From assembly GCA_003551065.1 (NCBI GenBank), contig PULU01000092.1, positions 1-52,819 on the forward strand: a stretch of 52,819 nt of DNA, read 5' to 3'. Below, one piece after another: positions 9,201 to 17,680 of this stretch (its first letter is position 1; every line of letters begins with the position of its first letter). This DNA is from Thermoplasmata archaeon (GTDB lineage Archaea > Thermoplasmatota > Thermoplasmata > Halarchaeoplasmatales > Halarchaeoplasmataceae). Under the pieces are notes generated by a model. The model ran no database searches and was not told the DNA's origin. It saw only the letters and a program-made list of their open reading frames with translations. The position numbers and the translations under genes were made by a program.

Positions 9201-9330
9201 CTGGAATCCTCCAAAAAACAAAATTATAACCATAACTGGGCGGATGGTTTATCTAATAGCTAATTATGATCCTTTCTTGATTAGCTGCCCAGTTCATAGG
9301 AATATCAGATAAGTATTCGATATTTAAATA
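9201..9330 (-). promoter_or_regulatory. ileS promoter plus structured ~97-nt leader (candidate attenuator)
   Basis: TATA 9328-9321; perfect stems AACTGGGC/GCCCAGTT (8 bp), AGCTAAT/ATTAGCT (7 bp), AACCAT/ATGGTT (6 bp); U-tract TTTTGTTTTTT before the SD. Confidence 0.6.
9253..9297 (-). CDS. Candidate leader peptide MNWAANQERIIISY upstream of ileS
   Basis: ATG 9297 lies 24 nt below TATA box TTTAAATA (9328-9321), i.e. at the expected start site; ATC-ATA-ATT at 9270-9262; TAG at 9255-9253. Confidence 0.5.
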   Translation of the reverse strand: MNWAANQERIIISY

Positions 9331-9343
9331 TTACCTATCGGGG

Positions 9344-10138
9344 TTAGTCTTCTTGGATCGACTCTGGTGCATCTGCGAAAGCGATGAGAGAATCTATCTC
9401 CATGAAATGCAGGTCACCAAATATCACAATGCACTGAAGCCCCTCTCCGAAATCGTGGTTTAAGATATCGGTTGGGTAGCCGGCTTTCAATTCTGGATCG
9501 GACGAACCGGCCCTTGCTATCCCAGCTGCGACCGTTTCTTCGTTGATCACTCCCTCTGATAAGGTCTCTTCGAGATGTAGCAGCGCTTCCATGCCTTCAT
9601 TTACCGTCATGAACTCCTCATTCTTTCCGTTTATATCGAGCAGTACCAGAGAGTGTAACCCCAGCTCCTGATTGTTTCTGATCCCCTGGTAAGGACTCTT
9701 TGGATAATTCTCCATTACTTTGAAAAAGGGCAGGGTCACTGTCTTTCCAAATTTGTAATGTTGAACCCCCAATATCGAAGGAGCAGCGGAGAATATCGAT
9801 GATGAATGTATCACCCTAGTCTCGATCCCTTCTTCTACGGCCCTCAACCTTAGATCGACATGTGTAGTAGCTGCCATGGGATCACCTGCTGTCAAAAACA
9901 CAACTTTTTTGTCCCTAGCTTCTTTGATAGGTGACGCCTGCTGTTCAACACCTTCCCTGTCTAATATCTGAATATCGACTCCCAACTCCTTTTCTATCTT
10001 AGTAAGATCTGTTCCTGCTAGATGACTAGTATAGAATTCAGAATACACTACGTCGGCTCTCTGAACGATCTTTTTACCTTTCAAGCTGATATCTTTTTCG
10101 TCGTACAATCCCAAACCGATGAATATTAATTCTCCCAT
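9344..10138 (-). CDS. dph5: Diphthine synthase
   Basis: LIFIGLGL, EFYTS, GDPMAATTH.DL, YKFGKTVT, GLHSLVLLDI, LHFME. Confidence 0.95.
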   Translation of the reverse strand: MGELIFIGLGLYDEKDISLKGKKIVQRADVVYSEFYTSHLAGTDLTKIEKELGVDIQILDREGVEQQASPIKEARDKKVVFLTAGDPMAATTHVDLRLRAVEEGIETRVIHSSSIFSAAPSILGVQHYKFGKTVTLPFFKVMENYPKSPYQGIRNNQELGLHSLVLLDINGKNEEFMTVNEGMEALLHLEETLSEGVINEETVAAGIARAGSSDPELKAGYPTDILNHDFGEGLQCIVIFGDLHFMEIDSLIAFADAPESIQED

Positions 10139-10156
10139 CTGTTTTACCTCTTTGAC

Positions 10157-11164
10157 ATGCTCTGTTTGAAAGTTCCTAAAACTAAAGGAGAAAAGGTTAG
10201 AAATAAGCTTTTGGAAGAAGATCTACTCGAAAAACGGGGTCGGATCACCTCTGATGAGGAATTCCTATATTTCCCGATAAAGAAAGTACCAAGCGAAGAT
10301 ATGGATTTCGAAGTCGTTGAAAAAGAAGTAGAGATGAGGGAAAATAAATTCAGTGATTACAGGGAGGCCGTTGAGATACCTTCAGGATTCAAAGAGAAAC
10401 TCCCTTCAAGTTATGATATAATAGGGGATATTGCTATAATAAAGATACCAGACGAGTTAAAAGATCACAAAAACGAAATCGGGGATGCTATACTCAGAAC
10501 CCATAATAATGTGAACTCGGTCCTTGAGGATCATGGGGTCATAGGGGAGTTCAGGATCAGAGATGTTGAAACCATAGCAGGTATCGATAAAAAGACCACT
10601 ATACACAAGGAATATGGTATTGAACTAGAGGTAGATATCACGAGTACATATTTTTCACCTAGATTGGCTACTGAACGTTGGAGAGTAGTTAAAAAAACTC
10701 AACCAAAGGAAAAAGTTCTAGATATGTTCGCAGGCGTAGGGCCGTACAGCATATTGATAGCTAAGAATGTAGACGTTGATAGGATCTACTGTATAGATAT
10801 CAATCCTCAAGCTATTGCACTTCTGAAGAAAAACGCTGAGCGAAATAATGTGGTAGATATCATCGATCCTCATCTCGGTGACGCTAAAAGATTAGCTCCG
10901 ATGTTCAAAGCAGATCGGATCATCATGAATCTTCCTCATTCATCCTTTGAATTCCTTGAATCCGCTTTAAAAGCAGCAAAAAGAGAATGTACCATACACT
11001 ATTACGATATGGTAGATGAAGAAGAACAGGAAACTCGGGTTGAGAGAGTGAAGCAAAAAATAATAGACTATGGGTTCGAACCTAAAATAATTGAACAGAG
11101 GGATGTCAGAAGTTATTCAGCTTATACCATACATAAAGCATTAGACATCGAAGTTAGAAGATGA
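10157..11164 (+). CDS. trm5: Trm5-family tRNA m1G37 methyltransferase
   Basis: SYDIIGDIAI, YFSPRLATER, DMFAGVGPY, DINP, IMNLP, IHYY. Confidence 0.9.
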   Translation: MLCLKVPKTKGEKVRNKLLEEDLLEKRGRITSDEEFLYFPIKKVPSEDMDFEVVEKEVEMRENKFSDYREAVEIPSGFKEKLPSSYDIIGDIAIIKIPDELKDHKNEIGDAILRTHNNVNSVLEDHGVIGEFRIRDVETIAGIDKKTTIHKEYGIELEVDITSTYFSPRLATERWRVVKKTQPKEKVLDMFAGVGPYSILIAKNVDVDRIYCIDINPQAIALLKKNAERNNVVDIIDPHLGDAKRLAPMFKADRIIMNLPHSSFEFLESALKAAKRECTIHYYDMVDEEEQETRVERVKQKIIDYGFEPKIIEQRDVRSYSAYTIHKALDIEVRR

Positions 11165-11175
11165 ACTTACCACCG

Positions 11176-11442
11176 TCACTTTTCAAGTAACTCGTTGGCT
11201 GCCAGTAGAATGGTCTTACCCCTTACTTCTACTGCCTTTCCACTGATATTTTCTTCAAGTATTTCGACGATCTCATCTATGTCCTGGATCGGATTGTTTC
11301 TCAGTACCTTGATCTTTATCAATTCTTTGTCTTCCAACTGTCTCTCGATCTCTTCAATCATGTTTTCGTCGATCCCCTTCTTTCCGATCCTCACTGTTGA
11401 GTCGATTTCTTGTCCTTTGATCTTTGCCTTCTTTGCATCCAT
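11176..11442 (-). CDS. yhbY: YhbY/CRM-domain RNA-binding protein
   Basis: VRIGKKGI, ELIKIKVL, VRGKTILL; start moved to MDAKK. Confidence 0.9.
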   Translation of the reverse strand: MDAKKAKIKGQEIDSTVRIGKKGIDENMIEEIERQLEDKELIKIKVLRNNPIQDIDEIVEILEENISGKAVEVRGKTILLAANELLEK

Positions 11443-11443
11443 A

Positions 11444-11755
11444 TTAATCCTCAATCTCTTCATCTAGTCCGAAACGATTTATAGTTTTGCAATTGAGGCA
11501 TTTTGTCAATAATCTTCCTTTGTTAGTTCTTACGGTACAAGTTTTACCAGGAAAAAGATAAGAATAACATCTCTTGCACATCCTTCTTCTATACTGGGAA
11601 GGGATACTGACGTTGTATTTCATGCCTATCTTTCTAGCTAGTTCTACATATCTATTTGAGCGATCGTGATCTCCTTCTAGAGACGCTTTTTCTGCTCTCT
11701 GAAACAGCTTCATGATCCTTTCTTTAGCGATGTTCCTTTGTTTCCATCTAGACAT
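11444..11755 (-). CDS. rnp4: RNase P protein component 4 (Rpp21)
   Basis: IAKERI..LF, RYVELARKI, CKRC...PG...CLNC...R; start moved to MSRWKQ. Confidence 0.93.
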   Translation of the reverse strand: MSRWKQRNIAKERIMKLFQRAEKASLEGDHDRSNRYVELARKIGMKYNVSIPSQYRRRMCKRCYSYLFPGKTCTVRTNKGRLLTKCLNCKTINRFGLDEEIED

Positions 11756-11852
11756 CTTTTTAGCAGGTAATGTGGATATGATATATTTAATCTTCCTTCC
11801 AAAAAGTCGTACCATAATTATTATATAATTTACTCGTATTTTGGCTGAAATA

Positions 11853-12071
11853 ATGAAGTTATACATAGAGTTGTACTTTTCAAGTGAAGGAACCCCCCCT
11901 CAGATTATAATCAAAAAGATGAAAGATATGGGGTTCGAACCCGTAGTTGGTCAGTACGATTTTGCTAAAGAATATAACAGTCCTGAAGAGTATGCTGGTA
12001 TCGTGAAAAGGCTTAGTAAAGAACTTGAAGGCACGAAACTTAGGTATCGTTTAGTCACTAGAGCCGATTAG
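11853..12071 (+). CDS. Small hypothetical protein
   Basis: MKLYIELYFSSEG..P...GFEPVVGQYDF; compact globular-looking ORF divergent from rnp4. Confidence 0.7.
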   Translation: MKLYIELYFSSEGTPPQIIIKKMKDMGFEPVVGQYDFAKEYNSPEEYAGIVKRLSKELEGTKLRYRLVTRAD

Positions 12072-12761
12072 ATAATCTTCTATTATCGATTCATGATCGA
12101 AGGCTAAGTCCGGTAGTTCATCTTTTGAAAAATACCGTGGTTTACGGGCATCACTTCCTCCAGATAGAGTACCTCCTGTTACTTGCAAAGAATATACTAT
12201 TGATACGGTGTGTCCCCTAGGGTCCCTGTTCGGTTCTGAATAAACCCCTACGAGATCGATGATCTTTGTTTCAAGACCGGTTTCTTCTTTTATCTCTCTA
12301 ACAACTGCGTCTTCCACTTTTTCGCCATATTCCACAAAACCTCCCGGGATAGCATAAGTACCTTCAAATGGAGGATTTTTCCTCTCTATCAATAATATTT
12401 TTTTCTCACTTTCTATTATACCATCTACAGTTAAAGATGGTTTTTGAAAGATATCTCCCCTATGGTCTTTCTTCATATTTTCATAGGTTTTCAGTAGTTT
12501 TTTTCCAGATTCTGAAAGTTTAGTTCCACCACCTTTATCTCCTCCTCTTTTGGAAATAACTATCTCTTCATCGGTGGCTTTTTCTATCCTTTTTATAATC
12601 CCCCATGCGTGTCTATACGACATATCCATCCTTTTTGCAGCTCCTTTTATAGAACCTGTCTCTTCAACGAGATTAAGTAGCTTTTTCCTTCCTTCCCCTA
12701 GTAAAAACCTGTCACCTTCTTTAAGCATACACTTACATTCTAGACGATACATATCTTTCAT
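12051..12761 (-). CDS. ModE-type winged-HTH fused to NUDIX hydrolase
   Basis: N-term GEGR..LL..VEETGSI..AA..M.MSY.HAW...RGG..GGGT.L (ModE HTH); C-term GGFVEYGE...AVVREIKEETGL Nudix box, RDPRGH, LAFDH. Start moved to 12761. Confidence 0.88.
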   Translation of the reverse strand: MKDMYRLECKCMLKEGDRFLLGEGRKKLLNLVEETGSIKGAAKRMDMSYRHAWGIIKRIEKATDEEIVISKRGGDKGGGTKLSESGKKLLKTYENMKKDHRGDIFQKPSLTVDGIIESEKKILLIERKNPPFEGTYAIPGGFVEYGEKVEDAVVREIKEETGLETKIIDLVGVYSEPNRDPRGHTVSIVYSLQVTGGTLSGGSDARKPRYFSKDELPDLAFDHESIIEDYLIGSSD

Positions 12762-12808
12762 AACAGAATCATCATTATTATATCTCTCGGTACATATGTA
12801 TACGTATG

Positions 12809-13759
12809 TTAGAAAACGTAAATATAGAACAATATAACGAAGATCGCCAATATTATTTCGAAGACCCATATTATTGTTACCAGCTGCCACTCCTTCAATT
12901 TGAAGTGTTTGACTAATATATGTGTAAGACTTTCGATTTTATCTGTTCTGCTGTGTAGATACCCTTCTTTATCTGGTACTGCAAAGTTTTCAGCTTTGAA
13001 TCCACCTTTAAATTTCAGGAAGAACTCAGCTATCATCGGTAAAAATAGGATTATACCTGGAGTTATAAGATTACTAACTATGGCTGCGATGCCTATCGCT
13101 GCACCACTAAAAAGGGTAAATGTATCACCTGGGAAGATCAAAGATGGATATAGGTTAAAAACTCCGAAACCCATAACAGCTCCTAACAAAGGGAACAGTA
13201 TAAGAAATCCAAGATCAGGTCCGTCGTTCAGGTATATCAAGATTATCAGTGTGGTGGAAACTATTATCGATAATCCTGCCCCTAACCCATTAAAACCTTC
13301 GAGCATATTGGAGGCATTAGCTGCACAGGTGACACCGAAAGGCACTATCAATATCAGGAGGTAAGGATGTTCTATATTGTAACCAAAAAATTCAAGGGAG
13401 TTCCCCATCATCTGTATCCCAAAAGGGATGGTGAATAGATAGGGAAGTATTGCCTTAGATCTTTGACGGATATTCACCATATCATCGACCATGCCGATCA
13501 AACCAGCTCCGATTATACCTATCAATGCTGTAAGAAAAAAAGGCTCTTCTAGACCTCTTTTCTCTCCTAGTAGCAGAGATAATCCAAATACGAATCCCAT
13601 CACCGCCGATAAACCCCCCATCTCCGGAATACGAGGTTTGTGTTTTTTATGCATATCAGTTCCGTCGATGCCAGCATGTCCAAAACTCTTAATCTGCCAT
13701 TTTGTTATGAGTAAAGAAACGAAAAAGGCAATCATTATAGATATGGAAATTACCAACAT
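12809..13759 (-). CDS. Polyprenyl-phosphate HexNAc-1-phosphate transferase (GPT/AglH/MraY family), paralog A
   Basis: G.DMHK...IPEMGG, GMVDD, NASNMLEGFNGL, FPGDT; multi-TM. Confidence 0.9.
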   Translation of the reverse strand: MLVISISIMIAFFVSLLITKWQIKSFGHAGIDGTDMHKKHKPRIPEMGGLSAVMGFVFGLSLLLGEKRGLEEPFFLTALIGIIGAGLIGMVDDMVNIRQRSKAILPYLFTIPFGIQMMGNSLEFFGYNIEHPYLLILIVPFGVTCAANASNMLEGFNGLGAGLSIIVSTTLIILIYLNDGPDLGFLILFPLLGAVMGFGVFNLYPSLIFPGDTFTLFSGAAIGIAAIVSNLITPGIILFLPMIAEFFLKFKGGFKAENFAVPDKEGYLHSRTDKIESLTHILVKHFKLKEWQLVTIIWVFEIILAIFVILFYIYVF

Positions 13760-13858
13760 TTTATTCCTCTGTTTCAGACGTTGACTTTTTATCTCCTAAT
13801 ACATGTATCCAAATATCTATCATATATAAGTATTGTTTGCATATTAGTACAAGGCCTT

Positions 13859-14842
13859 TTAAAATAATAACCAAGCTGCTGTGGAGGATAAAATTACTAA
13901 AACATACATGATGAGTGTGGTCTGTCTTTCGTTTAAAGACCATATATGAGGGAATACCCACATCAACGTTTTGGCATTAGGTGGGTCAATGTTCCCTTCC
14001 TTGTCAACCTTTCCGAATTTTTCTCGTTTCTCTCCTCGTTCTGATAAGAACCAGATGGCTACCATCAGAAAATTTATAATGAGCGGCAGTAGACAAACGA
14101 AAGTAAAAGCCTCCAAATTACCTAAGATTGCAGTGATCCCTATGGCCGCTCCCATCATCATATCCCCGCAATCCCCTGGAAAAACACCTGCAGGATGTAC
14201 GTTGTAGGAGAGGAATGCTATAGTTGCTCCCATGAAAGGTAATAAAAAGAACAGAATATCAGTTTCACCGGTTTCCAATAGTTTAAGGGCCAGGAATGAA
14301 AGGATTATTATAGTAGTTCCTGCAGATTGTCCATTATAGTAGGAATACATGTTGATCAGATTTGCACTAACCATTATGTAAACTGGCATAAACAATAACA
14401 GATAGATAAACCCCAACTCGACTGTCCCTATAAATGGAACATACAATAAGGTATCAACGTATCTTATCAATGGGAATGAAAAGAAGATAGGAACGATTAT
14501 CTTCACAATCTCACTGTGTGTAAATTTAAGAGCACCTCCTACACCTACTATATCGTCGATCAGGCCAAAAAAGAAATAAAATATCAAAATGAATGTTATG
14601 ATGTATACTATGGAAGGAGTTATGCTGGTCGAACTCAAAAAAAGTAACCCAGTCAAGTAAGCGAAAGCTATACCTATACCTCCCAACTCTGGAACGGAAG
14701 GATAACCTATCTTATACATGTCCCTGCCTGTGAACCCCTCCTTTCTTAGCTTTTTAAGTAGAGGCTTGAATAAGATTATTCCTATTATGTACGTTAACAG
14801 CAGGGTTGTTATCAATAAAAGTCTTGTATACACGTTATACAC
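13859..14842 (-). CDS. Polyprenyl-phosphate HexNAc-1-phosphate transferase (GPT/AglH/MraY family), paralog B
   Basis: GRDMYK...VPELGG, GLIDD, NLINMYSYYNG, FPGDCG; multi-TM; GTG start. Confidence 0.88.
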   Translation of the reverse strand: MYNVYTRLLLITTLLLTYIIGIILFKPLLKKLRKEGFTGRDMYKIGYPSVPELGGIGIAFAYLTGLLFLSSTSITPSIVYIITFILIFYFFFGLIDDIVGVGGALKFTHSEIVKIIVPIFFSFPLIRYVDTLLYVPFIGTVELGFIYLLLFMPVYIMVSANLINMYSYYNGQSAGTTIIILSFLALKLLETGETDILFFLLPFMGATIAFLSYNVHPAGVFPGDCGDMMMGAAIGITAILGNLEAFTFVCLLPLIINFLMVAIWFLSERGEKREKFGKVDKEGNIDPPNAKTLMWVFPHIWSLNERQTTLIMYVLVILSSTAAWLLF

Positions 14843-15014
14843 TTATATCTGGAATGTCTTACTAATATTAAAATGTTTGACATCGTCAGATTAGGTATGG
14901 AAACACATAAATAATAGCTTTTCTTAAGAGTATGTAGAGACATTTTGGAAAACCTTTTATTAGATAGAAACTAATTGATAAATAATTTAACTTAAATGGG
15001 TTGAGTGTGAAAAC

Positions 15015-15680
15015 ATGGATGAAATCGATGATATGAAAAAGAAAGGTACTACGACCGTTGGAATCGTGTGCGATGATGGAGTTGTCCTAGCTACTGAAAA
15101 GAGAGCTACCAAAGGACGTATGATTGCACATAAGGATACAAAGAAACTTTTCAGAATAGGGGATAACATGGCCTTGACCATATCTGGTTTAGTTGGAGAT
15201 GGGCAAGCTATTTCACGTTTCTTGAGCTCCGAAGTGGAATTGTACAGATTAAAAAGAAATAAAGATATGACAGTTAAAGCAGCTTCAACTTTATTATCAA
15301 ATATCCTACTCGGTAGAAGGATGATGCCGTATTTTGTAGGGTTGTTATTAGGCGGAGTCGATGATAACGGAGGAAAAGTTTATTCATTAGATATGGCAGG
15401 AGGAGCGATATCGGATGATTATGTTTCCGAAGGATCTGGTTCTCCTTTTGTGTACGGGGTTCTAGATGATCATTATGAAGATGGGATGGATGTAGACGCA
15501 GGTGTGGATCTAGTAATTTTATGTTTACTCGTTTCTAGCAGCAGGGATTCTGCATCTGGAGACGGAATAAAAGTTGTAAAGATCACTGAAGAAGAGGGGT
15601 TCGAGGAGATAGATGATGAAGAAGTTGAGAGAAGGATATCAAAGGTTCGGGAGAAGAAGAAAAATTTACCCCCATTATGA
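15015..15680 (+). CDS. psmB: Proteasome beta subunit
   Basis: Propeptide then G|TTTVGI, ATEKRAT, GSGS, RDSASGDG. Confidence 0.96.
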   Translation: MDEIDDMKKKGTTTVGIVCDDGVVLATEKRATKGRMIAHKDTKKLFRIGDNMALTISGLVGDGQAISRFLSSEVELYRLKRNKDMTVKAASTLLSNILLGRRMMPYFVGLLLGGVDDNGGKVYSLDMAGGAISDDYVSEGSGSPFVYGVLDDHYEDGMDVDAGVDLVILCLLVSSSRDSASGDGIKVVKITEEEGFEEIDDEEVERRISKVREKKKNLPPL

Positions 15681-15736
15681 TATATCTATATGGATTTAGA
15701 ATACTCAAGTAAACAGTAATAAGAAGAGTGAACAGT

Positions 15737-17650
15737 ATGAGCGTAGAAGATATTTTGAATGAGGCAAATAAAGCCATCAGGGATGTTCTGCCTAGACCAG
15801 TTAGAGTCTCAAACATTGAATTTGAAGGATCAACCATCGTAATATATACAAAAGATCTTAAAGAATTTACAAAAGAATCTGGGATCGTTAAAAAACTAGC
15901 TGAAAGGGTTAAAAGAAGGATATCCATAAGACCTGACCCTTCATTACTTGACAACCCTGAAGAAGCAGAAGGAAAGATCAAAGAGATAATACCAGAAGAG
16001 GCTAAAATCACAGATATGTTCTTTAAAGAAGATATGGGTGAGGTAACTATTGAAGCTGAGGCTCCTGGTATCGCTATCGGTAAGAAGGGTAAGATATTGA
16101 ATGAAATAAAAAGGAAAACTGGATGGGCTCCAGACGTTGTAAGAGCTCCCCCTATACCTTCTAAGACTGTCAAGGATATCAGAAGTTATCTAAGAGCTGT
16201 AAGGAGTGAAAGGAGAAAGTTCTTGAACACATTGGGCAGAAAGATCAACAGGGATACTAGACCTGGAGAGAAATTTGCAAGGTTAACGGCCTTGGGTGGT
16301 TATAGAGAGGTAGGCAGATCAGCACATCTACTTCATACCAGAGATAGTAAAGTATTGATCGATTGTGGAGCCGATGTGTCTTCTGATGGTGATGGTAGTC
16401 CTTATCTGAACGCTCCTGAGTTAATGCCTCTTGATAATATCGATGGTATAATCTTAACACATGCTCATCTGGATCACAGTGGATTAATCCCGGCTCTTTA
16501 TAAATATGGGTTCGAAGGGCCGGTTTATTGTACTCCACCGACTAGAGATCTAGCTGCACTTTTACAACTTGATTATATAAAAGTAGCTGTCGGTGAAGCT
16601 AGAGATCCTCCGTATGAATCATCGCATGTAAGAGAGGCTGTAAAACATACAATACCTCTTGAATACGGAGAGACCACGGATATAGCACCGGATATCAGAC
16701 TTACACTTCATAATGCTGGACACATACTTGGGTCAGCAGTTGCACATCTTCACATCGGGGATGGTGATTACAACGTAGCACTCACTGGTGATATAAAATA
16801 CGATAATACATGGTTATTCAACCAGGCGGTTAATAAGTTCCCCCGAGTCGAAACTGTGGTAATGGAATCCACATATGGTGGTTACCATGATCTACAGCCA
16901 AGCAGAAGAGATGCCGTCGCTCAATTGAAGGATATATTAGAACAGCACCTCAACAGTAAAACTGGAAAAGTGCTGATACCAGTATTCGCTGTAGGCAGGT
17001 CTCAAGAAGTCATGTTAGTTATAGAGGAGGCCATGAGAAAAGCTGAAGTACCTGAAGCACCGGTTTATCTAGATGGTATGATATGGGAAGCAACAGCAAT
17101 CCATACCGCATACCCCGAATTCTTAAACAATAAACTAAAAAAGAAGATATTCCACCATGATGAAAATCCATTCTTATCTGAGATATTTAATCAGGTGGAC
17201 AGCAGGGATATGAGAGAAGAGATATGTGATAGTTCAGAACCTGCTGTGGTCCTGGCAACTGCCGGTATGATGAACGGTGGACCAGTGCTCGAATATTTCA
17301 AAGCCTGGGGGGATGATCCTGAGAATGCTATCATATTCGTCGGTTACCAGGCTGATGGTACCATCGGAGATAGGATTCAAAAAGAATACGATCATATAAC
17401 TCTAAAAGAGAATGGAAATAACATCGACATAAAAGTTAAACTGCAGGTATATACATGTGAAGGTTTCTCAGGTCACAGTGATAGGATACAGCTGCTCCAT
17501 TATGTGAGCAGTATGAAGCCTAATCCTGAAAGGGTCATAGTCAGCCATGGTGAAGAAGGTAAGTGTACTAACCTTGCAAGCACTATATACAAAAAATATG
17601 GTATGGAGACAAGGACTCCCAAGAACCTAGAAACTGTAAGACTGTATTGA
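15737..17650 (+). CDS. fttA: Beta-CASP ribonuclease aCPSF1 / transcription termination factor FttA
   Basis: N-terminal KH domains, LGGYREVGRS, THAHLDHSG, AGHILGS, MESTYGG, FSGHSD, HGE; conserved position after psmB. Confidence 0.96.
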   Translation: MSVEDILNEANKAIRDVLPRPVRVSNIEFEGSTIVIYTKDLKEFTKESGIVKKLAERVKRRISIRPDPSLLDNPEEAEGKIKEIIPEEAKITDMFFKEDMGEVTIEAEAPGIAIGKKGKILNEIKRKTGWAPDVVRAPPIPSKTVKDIRSYLRAVRSERRKFLNTLGRKINRDTRPGEKFARLTALGGYREVGRSAHLLHTRDSKVLIDCGADVSSDGDGSPYLNAPELMPLDNIDGIILTHAHLDHSGLIPALYKYGFEGPVYCTPPTRDLAALLQLDYIKVAVGEARDPPYESSHVREAVKHTIPLEYGETTDIAPDIRLTLHNAGHILGSAVAHLHIGDGDYNVALTGDIKYDNTWLFNQAVNKFPRVETVVMESTYGGYHDLQPSRRDAVAQLKDILEQHLNSKTGKVLIPVFAVGRSQEVMLVIEEAMRKAEVPEAPVYLDGMIWEATAIHTAYPEFLNNKLKKKIFHHDENPFLSEIFNQVDSRDMREEICDSSEPAVVLATAGMMNGGPVLEYFKAWGDDPENAIIFVGYQADGTIGDRIQKEYDHITLKENGNNIDIKVKLQVYTCEGFSGHSDRIQLLHYVSSMKPNPERVIVSHGEEGKCTNLASTIYKKYGMETRTPKNLETVRLY

Positions 17651-17680
17651 ACAGTTCTTCCTTTATTTTTTTACTAATAA

